25,367 nucleotides of DNA from positions 1 to 25,367 of IMG/VR virus record IMGVR_UViG_3300017653_000011. The stretch is one strand, 5' to 3'. A model generated the notes under the pieces. That model searched no databases. It was given only the letters and a program-made list of their open reading frames with translations, and was not told the DNA's origin. Made by a program: the position numbers and the translations under genes. This document shows, in pieces, positions 6,859-15,858 of this stretch. Numbering within the stretch: the first letter of the stretch is position 1; each line of letters starts with the position of its first letter. Source of the DNA: a virus. Lineage: Duplodnaviria > Caudoviricetes.

Positions 6859-8712
6859 TGCCGTCACGGGCCCGAACGCAGCTTGATATCGCAGTAGGCC
6901 GATCTTGTCTGGCGGCACGCCCAGACGCAGCAGTTCCTCTGCCACCTGCGGGTCCATCGCAGCCTCGGCCAGTCGACTCATTGCGCGCTGCTCGCCGAGT
7001 TTCCCGACGAACTGCGCCGGACGCATAATGCTCTGCAAGAGCGTGCTCTCCGCCACCCTCTGTAGCGTCGATTCCGGCAGTCCAAGCGGCCCCAAGAACT
7101 GGCGCAGAATGTTCTGACTGACCATGTTCTGGCCAGTATTTGAGCCAACTGCGCGGCCCAGCTCATCCGCGTTCGTGCGCCTCGCCAGCTGCTCGCCGAT
7201 CAAGCGGAGCTTGCGCATCTGCTCGGGCGACATGACCTTTTCCATGCTCGCCGAATTGCGTCCCAGCGCCTTCGTAGCCGTTGCATCTCCTTCCCGCAAG
7301 GCTCGCGCATACATCTCGGGACGAAGGCGAGTGTTGCCCCCGAATTCAGCCAGTGCCGGCTGCAGCTTGTCTCGCAGAACGGCGCCAATCTCCATCTGAT
7401 TGATCGGCTGCGACATGGACGCATAGGTCTCGCGCGCTTGGCGATACTGCGGGATCTGTTCTTCGATCTGGTTCAGCAGCGCAGCTCGCGTGTCATTGAT
7501 CGAGCGCGCTTCATGAGCGCCGATACCCGCTGCTTCTGGATTGTCGGCAATGTCATCCATCGACATTTTCAAATAGTGGAGCGCTTTGCCGGAATACGCT
7601 GGCTCACTCGCCAACGGCACGATTCGCCCTGGATTTGAGACCGTAACTTCTGTTTCGAGCGAGTCTCCAGCCTCGGCAGCGAGTTTTCGCGCACGATCCC
7701 ATGCCCCTTTCATCGAGGGGCGCCTGAGCAAGTCTGAAAGATCCTTGCTGACCTTGACCTTTACCTCTTTTGCCGCTTCGTATAGTGGACTCGAGGCAGC
7801 CTTTCTGGCAGCTTTGGCAGCCTCCATCCGCGAGGAATCCCCCGCGATATCCTCCAGCGTGTCCATGATGACGCCGCGGTTCGCCTGCGACCGCTCAGTG
7901 AGCGCTGTCATGTACTCCGGATTGTTCCGCAGCGTCCGTTCGAGTTGGGCAAGACCGGCATTGTCGGCGAGTTCCGCCGTGGTGGGCTGAATGCCCGGCA
8001 GAACGTTCTGACGATTGCGCGCGACATTCTGGGCGGCCTGCTGGGCAGCGTCACGGCCACCCGCGAAAGCCTCAAGCGTCCTGGCAGCAATGCGTTCCTG
8101 TCCGCCCTTCGTGAAAGGCTCTGCGAGTGCTTTGGCGCCTCGCCATCCACCGCTCAATGCTCGGCCGCCTGCGAGCGCCGCTGGCGATAGCACGCCGCCC
8201 AGTGCGACGTTCTGCAGGGTCTCCTTCGTCGATTCCGATGGCTGCAGCACGCCAAGGCCAGCGCCAACGGCAGCGGAACCAGCCATTGTGTTTGCGCCAG
8301 GGACGAACATCGCCGGCAGAGCCCCGGCGACCGTTCCAGTTAGCGCGCCTGCCGTGCCTGCGCCCGTATCCATCAGATCCCGGTCTAGCTGCCGCGATTC
8401 CGAGATATCGTCACGCGAAATCAGACCCACCAGCTGACCCGCGCCACGAGCGAGATCGGTCAAGCCCTTCCCAACACCCGCACGGAATCTTTCGACTCCG
8501 CCCATGCCGGAGGTCGCGCCGTACTTCTCCCTGAACTCAGGGCTCTCCGGATCGTACTCATCTGGCCTTGCGCCCTTGAGGTAGCCAACGCGGCTGGAGA
8601 AATCCTTGAACTCCAGCTGCGGATAGAACTTCTGATGGAGAGCGCGCGCGAGCTCGTCATCCGACAGCACGTCGTACTGCGGGTATTTTGCGCGAATCTC
8701 CTGCAGGTTCAT
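6832..8712 (-). CDS. DNA ejection / internal virion protein (large)
   Basis: N-terminal EIRAKYPQYDVLSDDELARALHQKFY motif, Gly/Ala-rich hydrophobic segment, long helical region; third in the run of ejection-type genes. Confidence 0.75.
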   Translation of the reverse strand: MNLQEIRAKYPQYDVLSDDELARALHQKFYPQLEFKDFSSRVGYLKGARPDEYDPESPEFREKYGATSGMGGVERFRAGVGKGLTDLARGAGQLVGLISRDDISESRQLDRDLMDTGAGTAGALTGTVAGALPAMFVPGANTMAGSAAVGAGLGVLQPSESTKETLQNVALGGVLSPAALAGGRALSGGWRGAKALAEPFTKGGQERIAARTLEAFAGGRDAAQQAAQNVARNRQNVLPGIQPTTAELADNAGLAQLERTLRNNPEYMTALTERSQANRGVIMDTLEDIAGDSSRMEAAKAARKAASSPLYEAAKEVKVKVSKDLSDLLRRPSMKGAWDRARKLAAEAGDSLETEVTVSNPGRIVPLASEPAYSGKALHYLKMSMDDIADNPEAAGIGAHEARSINDTRAALLNQIEEQIPQYRQARETYASMSQPINQMEIGAVLRDKLQPALAEFGGNTRLRPEMYARALREGDATATKALGRNSASMEKVMSPEQMRKLRLIGEQLARRTNADELGRAVGSNTGQNMVSQNILRQFLGPLGLPESTLQRVAESTLLQSIMRPAQFVGKLGEQRAMSRLAEAAMDPQVAEELLRLGVPPDKIGLLRYQAAFGPVTASGANSAKE

Positions 8713-9926
8713 TTCAGGATTCCGAGCGGATCGTCTTGGGCTGCGTCTCGCGGATGAATGGTCATTTCATCGATCGGCCCAGCAGCACGGCCGCCCATTT
8801 GGCGCATGCCTTCCATCGCCTGCAACCGAGCGCGACGCTTCTGCTCAATGGTAGCCCGCGAATCGCCGGGCACGGGGAAGTAAGTCTTGATCTCCTGCGC
8901 CATTTCCTCGGGAGAGATCACAGCGCCAGACTCTTTGCGCAGCTTGGCGCGCACCCAATCTGCGGCAGCCTGATAGTATTGCTGTCCTTCGTCGCTGAGT
9001 ATCTGGTTGGCAATGCCTGTGCTCACAGGCCCCCCGCTCATCATGCGCTGTGCGGCCATGTAGTCCGGCATGGAGGGCGTATAGCCGCCAAGCAGCCCTT
9101 CTGCGGCCTCCATTCGGCCGAGATAGTTCGCCGACGTGCGCTCGCCCTCGGTTGGTGCGCCTTGCGTTGATTTCGGGGGAGCCTTCTGACCAGTCGGGCG
9201 AATTTCTCCGGTGCGCTGGTCAAGCACGCCATAGGTGCCGTCCCCAAGAGGGATAGAAGAGAACGATGGCGTGACGTTCTGAGGATTGCGCGCCTGAATG
9301 TATTCCAGCACGGTCAACGGCTGCTTACCTGCCTGCTGCATCTGCTGCGCATAGAGGTTGTATTCCTGAAGCATCGCTGCCTGTGCACCGCCCTGAGCCG
9401 TGAAAGGCTGCTTTCCTGCCGCCTGCGAACGCGCGACGAGCACTGGCTTTCCATCGGGACCGATCACCGTCTCGAGCGGCTCCGACTCCTGCGGCCGGAA
9501 CTGGCTCGCAAACATCTGCGCCATGACGGGATTGCTCTGCAGCGCTCGCGTGCCTTCAGGCGCCATCGCAAGTTCCATTGCTTCGTTGCGATCCGGAATC
9601 CGTTGCGGCGTGGTTTCGACCATCTGGAGCTCACCGGGCGACTGGGCGTTGAACTCAGCCACTTCGACGTTCGCTGGATTCGTGCCACCCATCAGGGAAC
9701 GCGCCAACTTTTGCGCATGTTCAGTGCCACGCTTCTCTGCCGCTGCTTCATCCTTCTCTGCATCTCGCATCATCTTTGTGCCTACGAGGGCACTTGCGAT
9801 CTGTGCGATACCTTGCAGGTGGGAACCGACCGGTGCTCCTGACATCGATTGACCCATGAGCGCTTCTGCCAGTCGACGGCGACGCTCCAATGATTCTGGC
9901 GTGTACTGACCGCTATGCACAGGCAT
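8709..9926 (-). CDS. DNA ejection / internal virion protein (middle)
   Basis: RRRRLAEALM...QGIAQIASALVG N-terminus, Q/A/M-rich, C-terminal LRKESGAVIS...YFPVPGDS motif; position in the late operon. Confidence 0.7.
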   Translation of the reverse strand: MPVHSGQYTPESLERRRRLAEALMGQSMSGAPVGSHLQGIAQIASALVGTKMMRDAEKDEAAAEKRGTEHAQKLARSLMGGTNPANVEVAEFNAQSPGELQMVETTPQRIPDRNEAMELAMAPEGTRALQSNPVMAQMFASQFRPQESEPLETVIGPDGKPVLVARSQAAGKQPFTAQGGAQAAMLQEYNLYAQQMQQAGKQPLTVLEYIQARNPQNVTPSFSSIPLGDGTYGVLDQRTGEIRPTGQKAPPKSTQGAPTEGERTSANYLGRMEAAEGLLGGYTPSMPDYMAAQRMMSGGPVSTGIANQILSDEGQQYYQAAADWVRAKLRKESGAVISPEEMAQEIKTYFPVPGDSRATIEQKRRARLQAMEGMRQMGGRAAGPIDEMTIHPRDAAQDDPLGILK

Positions 9927-10623
9927 GGAATGCCCTCTCTAGAGGTTCCATATCGGTTGAGACTGCATCTCTGATGCTCGCGAGTCGGCGAATGACTTCG
10001 GATCTACGGCCCTCTGGAAGATTGCGTATCCGCTCGACATTCTCATCGAGGTAAGCCGTGCAATCCCAGCAGTCCCGTGAGGTTAGCTCCGAATCATAGT
10101 GCGCAGGGATTTCAGCGCCGACATCTTTTAGGTACTTGAACACCTGCTCTGCACTCCAGCTCTCGATTGGGAAGATGTATTCGATTCCATCCTCAGTGTG
10201 GCCGCTCGATAGGCCGTTTGTACGTCGCTCGTCCTTGCGTTGACCGCGGATGATTAGCTTAATACCGCGGCGTTTCATCTCGGCCTGCATCGGCAACCAG
10301 ATATTCTCGGCGCAGCACTGCCAAGCGCTCTGCAACTTGTAAGTCTGTGCAGACTTTACGACCCCACGGCCCATCGGCGTGTAACTCAGAGGCACCACAT
10401 CGCAAGGGTAACCATTACGCTCAATCTGGCCAGGCTGGTTCGAGGAAATTTCCAGGAAATGCGGCAGCCGATCACGCCACTTTCGCATGAGTTCAACTAT
10501 TTCTGGATACGCTGCGCCTGTGTTTACCCAACACACCAGGATCTCATCCCAATGCTCTCGATAAAGATAAAGACATGCCAGCGAGTCCTTACCGCCGCTG
10601 AAGTGAAGCGCAGTCGAGATCAT
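9913..10623 (-). CDS. PAPS/APS-reductase-family (PP-loop) protein, probable Fe-S
   Basis: FSGGKDSLACL, VNTG, QCC, IRGQRKDE, FPIESWSAEQVFKYL, DCWDCT; lacks the CysH C-terminal ECGLH. Confidence 0.9.
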   Translation of the reverse strand: MISTALHFSGGKDSLACLYLYREHWDEILVCWVNTGAAYPEIVELMRKWRDRLPHFLEISSNQPGQIERNGYPCDVVPLSYTPMGRGVVKSAQTYKLQSAWQCCAENIWLPMQAEMKRRGIKLIIRGQRKDERRTNGLSSGHTEDGIEYIFPIESWSAEQVFKYLKDVGAEIPAHYDSELTSRDCWDCTAYLDENVERIRNLPEGRRSEVIRRLASIRDAVSTDMEPLERAFHACA

Positions 10624-11462
10624 CAGAAGTACATTGCCGCCATGGTTGCCAGTCCATATAGACCTGACATGTTTGATTGATATTGGCCCATCTCAGCACC
10701 GTACTGAGCCAAGTTGTGCTGATTCTGCATGGCCACTCCGCTCATCACGTCAGTGGGTGCAACGCCAGGCTGTGGCGTACCGCCGAAGCTAGGTTGACTA
10801 ACCTGACCGCCTCCGCGAATGGCGCTAAGCTCATTGATGGGCTGATTCCGAAGCGCGAACGCCTCATCGGCGTATTGGCTGCGGGCCTGATTGCCGAAGG
10901 CTGCTTCCTGACGTGCAAGCTCAGCTAGGCGACTCTGCTCCTGGCCGCCAGCGAGTAGCGCAGAGGTTCGTGCATCCTGCTCCCGCTGAGAGAAATCGGA
11001 CATGGCATTGGAATATGCCTCAGATCCCTGAGCAATTCCTTTATTTGCAAGATCCTGCTCAAGCGATGCACGATCCTGGCCAAGCTGCTCATTGAGACGC
11101 CCGAGCATGGCATCCTCAACTCGCCTTCGATCGGCAGAGAAATCGTTATTGTAACCAGTGCGAAGCGCTGGAGCGCCGCCCAAATTGAACGGTTGCTGCA
11201 TCCTTCCATAGACATCTGAAGTAATCTGTCGCTGGGCATCTAGATTGCGCTGGTCCGCAGGATTGAGCGTCTGATACTGCTCATAGCGTGGCGTCCCATC
11301 AGGCCAGTACCCGACGATCTCATATTCCTGAGAACCATACGGTGTGTACTGATTGGTCGCGCCGAGCTGATACTGACTCGCCGCCGTCTGGCGGTTCTGT
11401 ATGCCCTGCTCGCGGGCTGCGCCTACAGTATCGGGGGGAGGAGGTGCGTCAGGACTATCCAT
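10623..11462 (-). CDS. Small ejection / pilot protein (P22 gp7-like position)
   Basis: N-terminal APPPPD...NQYTPYGS, LANKGIAQGSEAYSNAM, Q/A/G-rich, hydrophobic C-terminus (GLYGLATMAAMYF). Confidence 0.7.
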   Translation of the reverse strand: MDSPDAPPPPDTVGAAREQGIQNRQTAASQYQLGATNQYTPYGSQEYEIVGYWPDGTPRYEQYQTLNPADQRNLDAQRQITSDVYGRMQQPFNLGGAPALRTGYNNDFSADRRRVEDAMLGRLNEQLGQDRASLEQDLANKGIAQGSEAYSNAMSDFSQREQDARTSALLAGGQEQSRLAELARQEAAFGNQARSQYADEAFALRNQPINELSAIRGGGQVSQPSFGGTPQPGVAPTDVMSGVAMQNQHNLAQYGAEMGQYQSNMSGLYGLATMAAMYF

Positions 11463-11874
11463 GCTTTAACCACTTCTTTGCGCTTTCGCGGTGAATGACA
11501 AACACGAGTCCATCATCGCTTCGCTCTGGACCGAAATATCGCTTCTGTGAGAACTCAAAACTAAACCCAAGCTTTGGAAGCAGCCTTCGAGCCAGCACAT
11601 TGCTACGTCGAGTACGTGCGCTGATGCGACTGCATCCGCACGTCACAAAGGCATACCGGAAACACCAGCGAATAAAGTCCTTCTGCCATCGTTCACCCGC
11701 TACAGTGATTTCAATGTTTCCGCCTCGGTAGAACTGAGTCCAAACGACTCCACCAATCAGTGTGCCGCGATCATCAATCAAGCCCACCGCAGCGAAGGGT
11801 GGCCGAAACTGCATCCCGGTCCTGGTGCTCACCCACTCGGCGACCGCAGCATCGTGACCGGTCAGAATCCCCAT
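11455..11874 (-). CDS. GNAT-family acetyltransferase in the virion module
   Basis: FRYAFVTCGCSRISARTRRSNVLARRLLPKLGFSFE matches the RimJ/RimL-type GNAT motif; sits between the tail hub and ejection genes. Confidence 0.85.
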   Translation of the reverse strand: MGILTGHDAAVAEWVSTRTGMQFRPPFAAVGLIDDRGTLIGGVVWTQFYRGGNIEITVAGERWQKDFIRWCFRYAFVTCGCSRISARTRRSNVLARRLLPKLGFSFEFSQKRYFGPERSDDGLVFVIHRESAKKWLKHG

Positions 11875-13449
11875 TCAGATGTAAGCGCCGTCCTCTACCT
11901 GCACATCAAACGAGTTGATCTGCAGGGTGACCGGCTCAATCGGTGCTCCAGTGGAGATCTCCACGAACATGCGGATGGATGCGCAGTAGCCGATGCCAGA
12001 AATCGATTTCCAGTCATCTGAGACAGTGAGCTGACCTGACCAGCTCGCAACATCCCATAACGCCACGTCCCAAATGGCAGATCCGGGGAAAAACGATCCA
12101 GCCTGCGATAGCGGAGCATTGTCCTGAAAGTCGACATTGACAGCGATCGATGGATCGACTGCACCGTCCGTCGTGATTAGCGGCCTGATCATTGTCCAGC
12201 GCTTCTGCCGACCTCGAGTGCCGTAATAATTGAATGCACCGCGCATGTCAGCCTCAAGGATGCCGGTCGCGTCGACGCCTGCCTCATCGGCCAGATAGAC
12301 AATCCCGTCATTGCCTCCGAAGTATGCGCGATCCTCGAACACCTCCCAGCAATTCGCGTTCTGAGCGGTAAACCGACACCATGCGCCGGTAATAGTGTTC
12401 TGGACGAACTGCTCCTGCTGCGTACCCTCAATGATTGGAACATTAAGGATTGCCATCGTAGAACGTGGGTAGCTGATCAGCTGCCAGCCGAAGACCGTCT
12501 TTTGATTTCGTGCTGATTGGGTAACTACGGGCTGGATGTTCTTGCTGATCGACACTTGCAGCAACGCCGCTCGGTCATAGCTCAGCACCTTGCTGAGTGG
12601 CAACAGACCATCGATGCAGATCAGGATCAGATCCGACCCAAACTTCGCGGTACAGCGGCGCCCCACTGGCGGACCAATCCGTGCCGTGCCCAAATAGTTG
12701 ATCCCACTCGCCTGAGTCGGATCATTGATCATGTAGATTGCAATCTCGCCCCGGCTCGAGATAAACGCAATGTATTCGTTGGGTCCGTCGATCGTATCTG
12801 TCGACCACGTGCCAATGGCGATGAGCTCACCGCCCAATGTGAACTGAGGGCCAACCTCGAACGTTGCCGCCGCACCCTGAATGGAATCGAGCGGTAAGTA
12901 AGCGGCCTTGGTTGAGCTCTTGAGGACCGTCCATATACGATTGCGATAGACGGTGACATGGATCATGTCCTGCGGCGTCACGCCGGTGATCGTGGCCGTC
13001 TGCCAGGCCGTACCGTTGTAGTAACGGGGCACGTCCTGGCCGTTACAGGCCCAAAGGAAACTCCCAGCAGCATTCGCGAAGTTGGTGTGTTGCCAGCGAT
13101 CGTTGCTCAGCCCCGTGACGGCCTGCACCGGTGTCGCATTAGTGACGTCATAGATCGAGCCATCAGAGGCAGCAAAGAGACGCGGCGAAGCAACGGTCGC
13201 GCCCGTATATGCCATCAAGCTTTCAACAGGAGCCGCAGTTCCGGTATCGCACTGCGAGACATAGCCGCGGCGAACTTCCACCCAACCAGGCTGCGGGAAC
13301 CAGTTGACGAGAGCAACCGCATTCTGCGGTGGCATCTCGGATAACGGACTGATGGCATCCCAGCCGCCAATTGGAGCCACCACTGACATGCCGCGGGCCA
13401 CTCCGCCCGGATTGCCCTTCGAGCGACTGAAGCGAGCTGTCAGGCGCAT
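11875..13449 (-). CDS. Tail hub / nozzle (P22 gp10-like packaged-DNA stabilisation protein)
   Basis: APIGGWDAISPLSEMPPQNAVALVNWFP N-terminus, beta-propeller-like repeats, WDVALWDVASW; follows the adaptor gene. Confidence 0.8.
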   Translation of the reverse strand: MRLTARFSRSKGNPGGVARGMSVVAPIGGWDAISPLSEMPPQNAVALVNWFPQPGWVEVRRGYVSQCDTGTAAPVESLMAYTGATVASPRLFAASDGSIYDVTNATPVQAVTGLSNDRWQHTNFANAAGSFLWACNGQDVPRYYNGTAWQTATITGVTPQDMIHVTVYRNRIWTVLKSSTKAAYLPLDSIQGAAATFEVGPQFTLGGELIAIGTWSTDTIDGPNEYIAFISSRGEIAIYMINDPTQASGINYLGTARIGPPVGRRCTAKFGSDLILICIDGLLPLSKVLSYDRAALLQVSISKNIQPVVTQSARNQKTVFGWQLISYPRSTMAILNVPIIEGTQQEQFVQNTITGAWCRFTAQNANCWEVFEDRAYFGGNDGIVYLADEAGVDATGILEADMRGAFNYYGTRGRQKRWTMIRPLITTDGAVDPSIAVNVDFQDNAPLSQAGSFFPGSAIWDVALWDVASWSGQLTVSDDWKSISGIGYCASIRMFVEISTGAPIEPVTLQINSFDVQVEDGAYI

Positions 13450-13452
13450 GGA

Positions 13453-14391
13453 TCAGGCTAGGCCGCCCGGGAAATATCCATCTTGGACATTTTCGGGTCC
13501 AAGCAACACAGTACGCGGACGAGGCTTGGCCAGCGTCAGATCCGCAGCCCCGCCATCGCGCGCGGCAAGACGTGCAACGTAGTCGTTGTACTCGGCTTGC
13601 ATGGCGAGGTAGTCGAAGCCCTTGGCCTGCCACAAACGCCACTTGACCGAAAGGATCAGCGCCTGTTCGTCGATGATTGGAGAGTCCGTATCTGCCGAGA
13701 ATCGCGGCTTTGCTGTGCCATCAACACCCAACACCCAAAATTTCGACTGGTGCTCGAACACCATCGTCCCTGGATAGTCGCTAGGCGCGGTCGGCGGCGG
13801 CCACAGACGCCAGATATTCGGCTTGACGCCAATCTGGCGCCAGCGCCGCCGGGGACCAGTGGTGACCACGCCAGAGCGCTGCCATTCATCGATCTGAGGT
13901 GAGATTGGTCCGATCAATTCCCACCTGTTTGTCCGATCCCACATCGTGCGGGCAATCCACCAGCCGAAGTTGTCAGGGACTGAGTAAGTGTCCTGAGCGA
14001 ACGTCAGCGCCGTGGCAACAATCGTCTCTGAGGCCGGCATATCCATGCGCACGGTATTGCCGTCGACGACTTCGATGACCCGCGCCGCAATCGGAATGGA
14101 ATCACCCGAAACTGCCCAGAGGTTCGCGACGATGCCGGTCGTGCTCGGAATGTTGGTGATCAGATCCGAATCAGCCGTCAAATCGCCGGTCGTGCTGATC
14201 GGCGCGGCAATGTTGACGATTCGCTCCTGCTGGAGCGCTGTCCATCCCTGGGTCTGATAAATCTCGTCACCGGCCCGATTCGTGAGCGCATACAGCTGTC
14301 TCGCGGTCGGATCATTGCTGCCCGCGACGAGAGATGGAGGCGTGAGCCCCAGCTCGTCACAAACAGCGGTGACGATCTCCAGCAGATTCAT
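13453..14391 (-). CDS. Head-tail adaptor protein
   Basis: MNLLEIVTAVCDELGL N-terminus, WDRTNRW, LWPPP, LILSVKWRLWQAKGFDY; contains an inserted ~65-aa beta domain. Confidence 0.75.
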   Translation of the reverse strand: MNLLEIVTAVCDELGLTPPSLVAGSNDPTARQLYALTNRAGDEIYQTQGWTALQQERIVNIAAPISTTGDLTADSDLITNIPSTTGIVANLWAVSGDSIPIAARVIEVVDGNTVRMDMPASETIVATALTFAQDTYSVPDNFGWWIARTMWDRTNRWELIGPISPQIDEWQRSGVVTTGPRRRWRQIGVKPNIWRLWPPPTAPSDYPGTMVFEHQSKFWVLGVDGTAKPRFSADTDSPIIDEQALILSVKWRLWQAKGFDYLAMQAEYNDYVARLAARDGGAADLTLAKPRPRTVLLGPENVQDGYFPGGLA

Positions 14392-14774
14392 GCTGCGCCA
14401 GAGACAAACGCACGCCAGTTGGTCGGGGTGGTCTTCACAAACCGCGCATTCTTGTTCGCGGTGGTGAAGGCCAGACCGGCATTGGCAGCTAACAGGTCAA
14501 TGGACTGGCCTGTCGACGGATAGACCGTAATCAGCGGTGTCGCAACCGTTGGAACGATCACCACTTCGCTGTTGATCTCGGCATTCGCCGGCAACTGAAC
14601 GCCCTGCTGGTTCGCCGCTGAAGTGACGATCGCAAATAGATTGCCGTTGCCATTGAGCGCCGTAGCGGTGCCCTGAGTTGTGCCCGCGGCATTCACTACC
14701 AGCCGCTCGGTTCCAAGGCGCAGCGCCTGCTCAGCCGGCAGCCCAACGCCCATCAAATCTTGTGCGAGTGCCAT
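14388..14774 (-). CDS. Small virion structural protein
   Basis: AAGTTQGTATAL...GVQLP...ITVYP motif; AGGAG RBS; ATGA-coupled to the adaptor gene. Confidence 0.7.
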   Translation of the reverse strand: MALAQDLMGVGLPAEQALRLGTERLVVNAAGTTQGTATALNGNGNLFAIVTSAANQQGVQLPANAEINSEVVIVPTVATPLITVYPSTGQSIDLLAANAGLAFTTANKNARFVKTTPTNWRAFVSGAA

Positions 14775-14783
14775 GGTGTTCTC

Positions 14784-15359
14784 CTATGCCGCCTTTTCTT
14801 TGGCGGCCATCAAGATGGCGATCTGTTCTTTCAGTTCCTTCAGTTCAGCGGCCTGCTCCTGGATGGTCCGCTCGAGAGCGTGGAACTTCTTGCCCTTCTC
14901 GGCACCCTCCAGGAACTGCTGCGCCTTCTTGCGCATCTCGCCGCCGAATTGCAGGTTGCCGGCTGCGGTGTCCGACAGGTTCGCAAGCTGTTGTACGGTG
15001 GTGATGCTCCACGCGCGCAAGGTGGCGACGATGACCGGGTTGTCGGGATAAAGCAGTTCCAGCGGCGTGCCATCGGCGGCCTGCGACTTCTTCTGCAGAT
15101 ACGCCTGCCACTTTGCCGGCCAGCGCTGTTTGTCCAGTTCCTTCACCGGGCGGTCGACGATGTCCTTCTCGCCAGGCTGGATGATCTTCACGAAATCCTT
15201 CTCGACAAAATGCGGTCGGCCAGTGGCCTTGGACTGAAACTCGTCCTGAACCGCGCGCTTGTAGAATGCGACGATCAGCTTGTCGTCGGAACCGAGCTGA
15301 AGTGAGCCATCGGGGTTGATGCCGCTGGCTACAGCGGCTGGGATTTCCGAATCGAACAT
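14784..15359 (-). CDS. Conserved phage head-region hypothetical protein
   Basis: ATG 15359 with GAGG RBS (MFDSEIP...); FVKIIQPG, GTPLE, ITTVQQLANLSD, C-terminal coiled coil. The track's longer start runs through the structured RNA element. Confidence 0.75.
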   Translation of the reverse strand: MFDSEIPAAVASGINPDGSLQLGSDDKLIVAFYKRAVQDEFQSKATGRPHFVEKDFVKIIQPGEKDIVDRPVKELDKQRWPAKWQAYLQKKSQAADGTPLELLYPDNPVIVATLRAWSITTVQQLANLSDTAAGNLQFGGEMRKKAQQFLEGAEKGKKFHALERTIQEQAAELKELKEQIAILMAAKEKAA

Positions 15360-15385
15360 TGGAACCTCTTTGGGGTTGAGAGAAA

Positions 15386-15523
15386 TTGACGCGGGCCGGG
15401 CGCTACTCCGGCGAGGAGCCGAGGTGGGAGTCTGGAACTTGTCCAGGGCCACTACTGTCGGGGGTTAATTGCCTCTTTAGGCTCCAACCGTTAGCGTGTC
15501 TGCATTCCACGCCGCCGCGTCAA
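15386..15523 (-). ncRNA. tRNA-shaped structured RNA element (uncharacterised)
   Basis: 9-bp closing stem TTGACGCGG/CCGCGTCAA, 2-nt linker, hairpin GCGTG/CACGC, long arm GGAGCC..GAGG/CCTC.GGCTCC with inner CTGGA/TCCAG, then GCCGG-AGTAGCGC-CCGGC stacked on the 3' strand. Confidence 0.65.
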
Positions 15524-15528
15524 AACTG

Positions 15529-15846
15529 TTACAGCGGGCTCGTCGTCTTCTTCACCCAACCACTCTCACCAGCCGAGAAAGCAGTCGTATTGGTATACGT
15601 GCCGCCCGAGGCCGCGGTGATGTGGAAGTTGGCATTGATCGTCACCGCCGTCTGATTAGCCGTAACCGGCACGTCCGCGACCACGAACACCCACGTGGAG
15701 TTGTCCGTGCCGAGAACGGGAGTACCCAGCGCAAAAGGCGGATCCGGCGTGAGCGGGAAGCTCGAATTCGACGCCGCCGGATAGCGATCATCGAAGTTCA
15801 CGCCGAGCGTGTTGGAAGTGCTGTACGGACCGTATGCATTGGCCAT
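15529..15846 (-). CDS. Capsid decoration/cement-type protein
   Basis: FALGTPVLGTDNSTWVFV motif; AGGAG RBS; directly after the capsid gene. Confidence 0.7.
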   Translation of the reverse strand: MANAYGPYSTSNTLGVNFDDRYPAASNSSFPLTPDPPFALGTPVLGTDNSTWVFVVADVPVTANQTAVTINANFHITAASGGTYTNTTAFSAGESGWVKKTTSPL

Positions 15847-15858
15847 GGTGGTCTCTCC

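Noticed and set aside
9913-10623. Dnd/Ssp phosphorothioation system or cysH sulfur-assimilation gene
   Set aside because: No partner dnd/ssp/cys genes in the window, much shorter than DndC, and lacks the CysH ECGLH motif. Partners elsewhere in the genome cannot be excluded.
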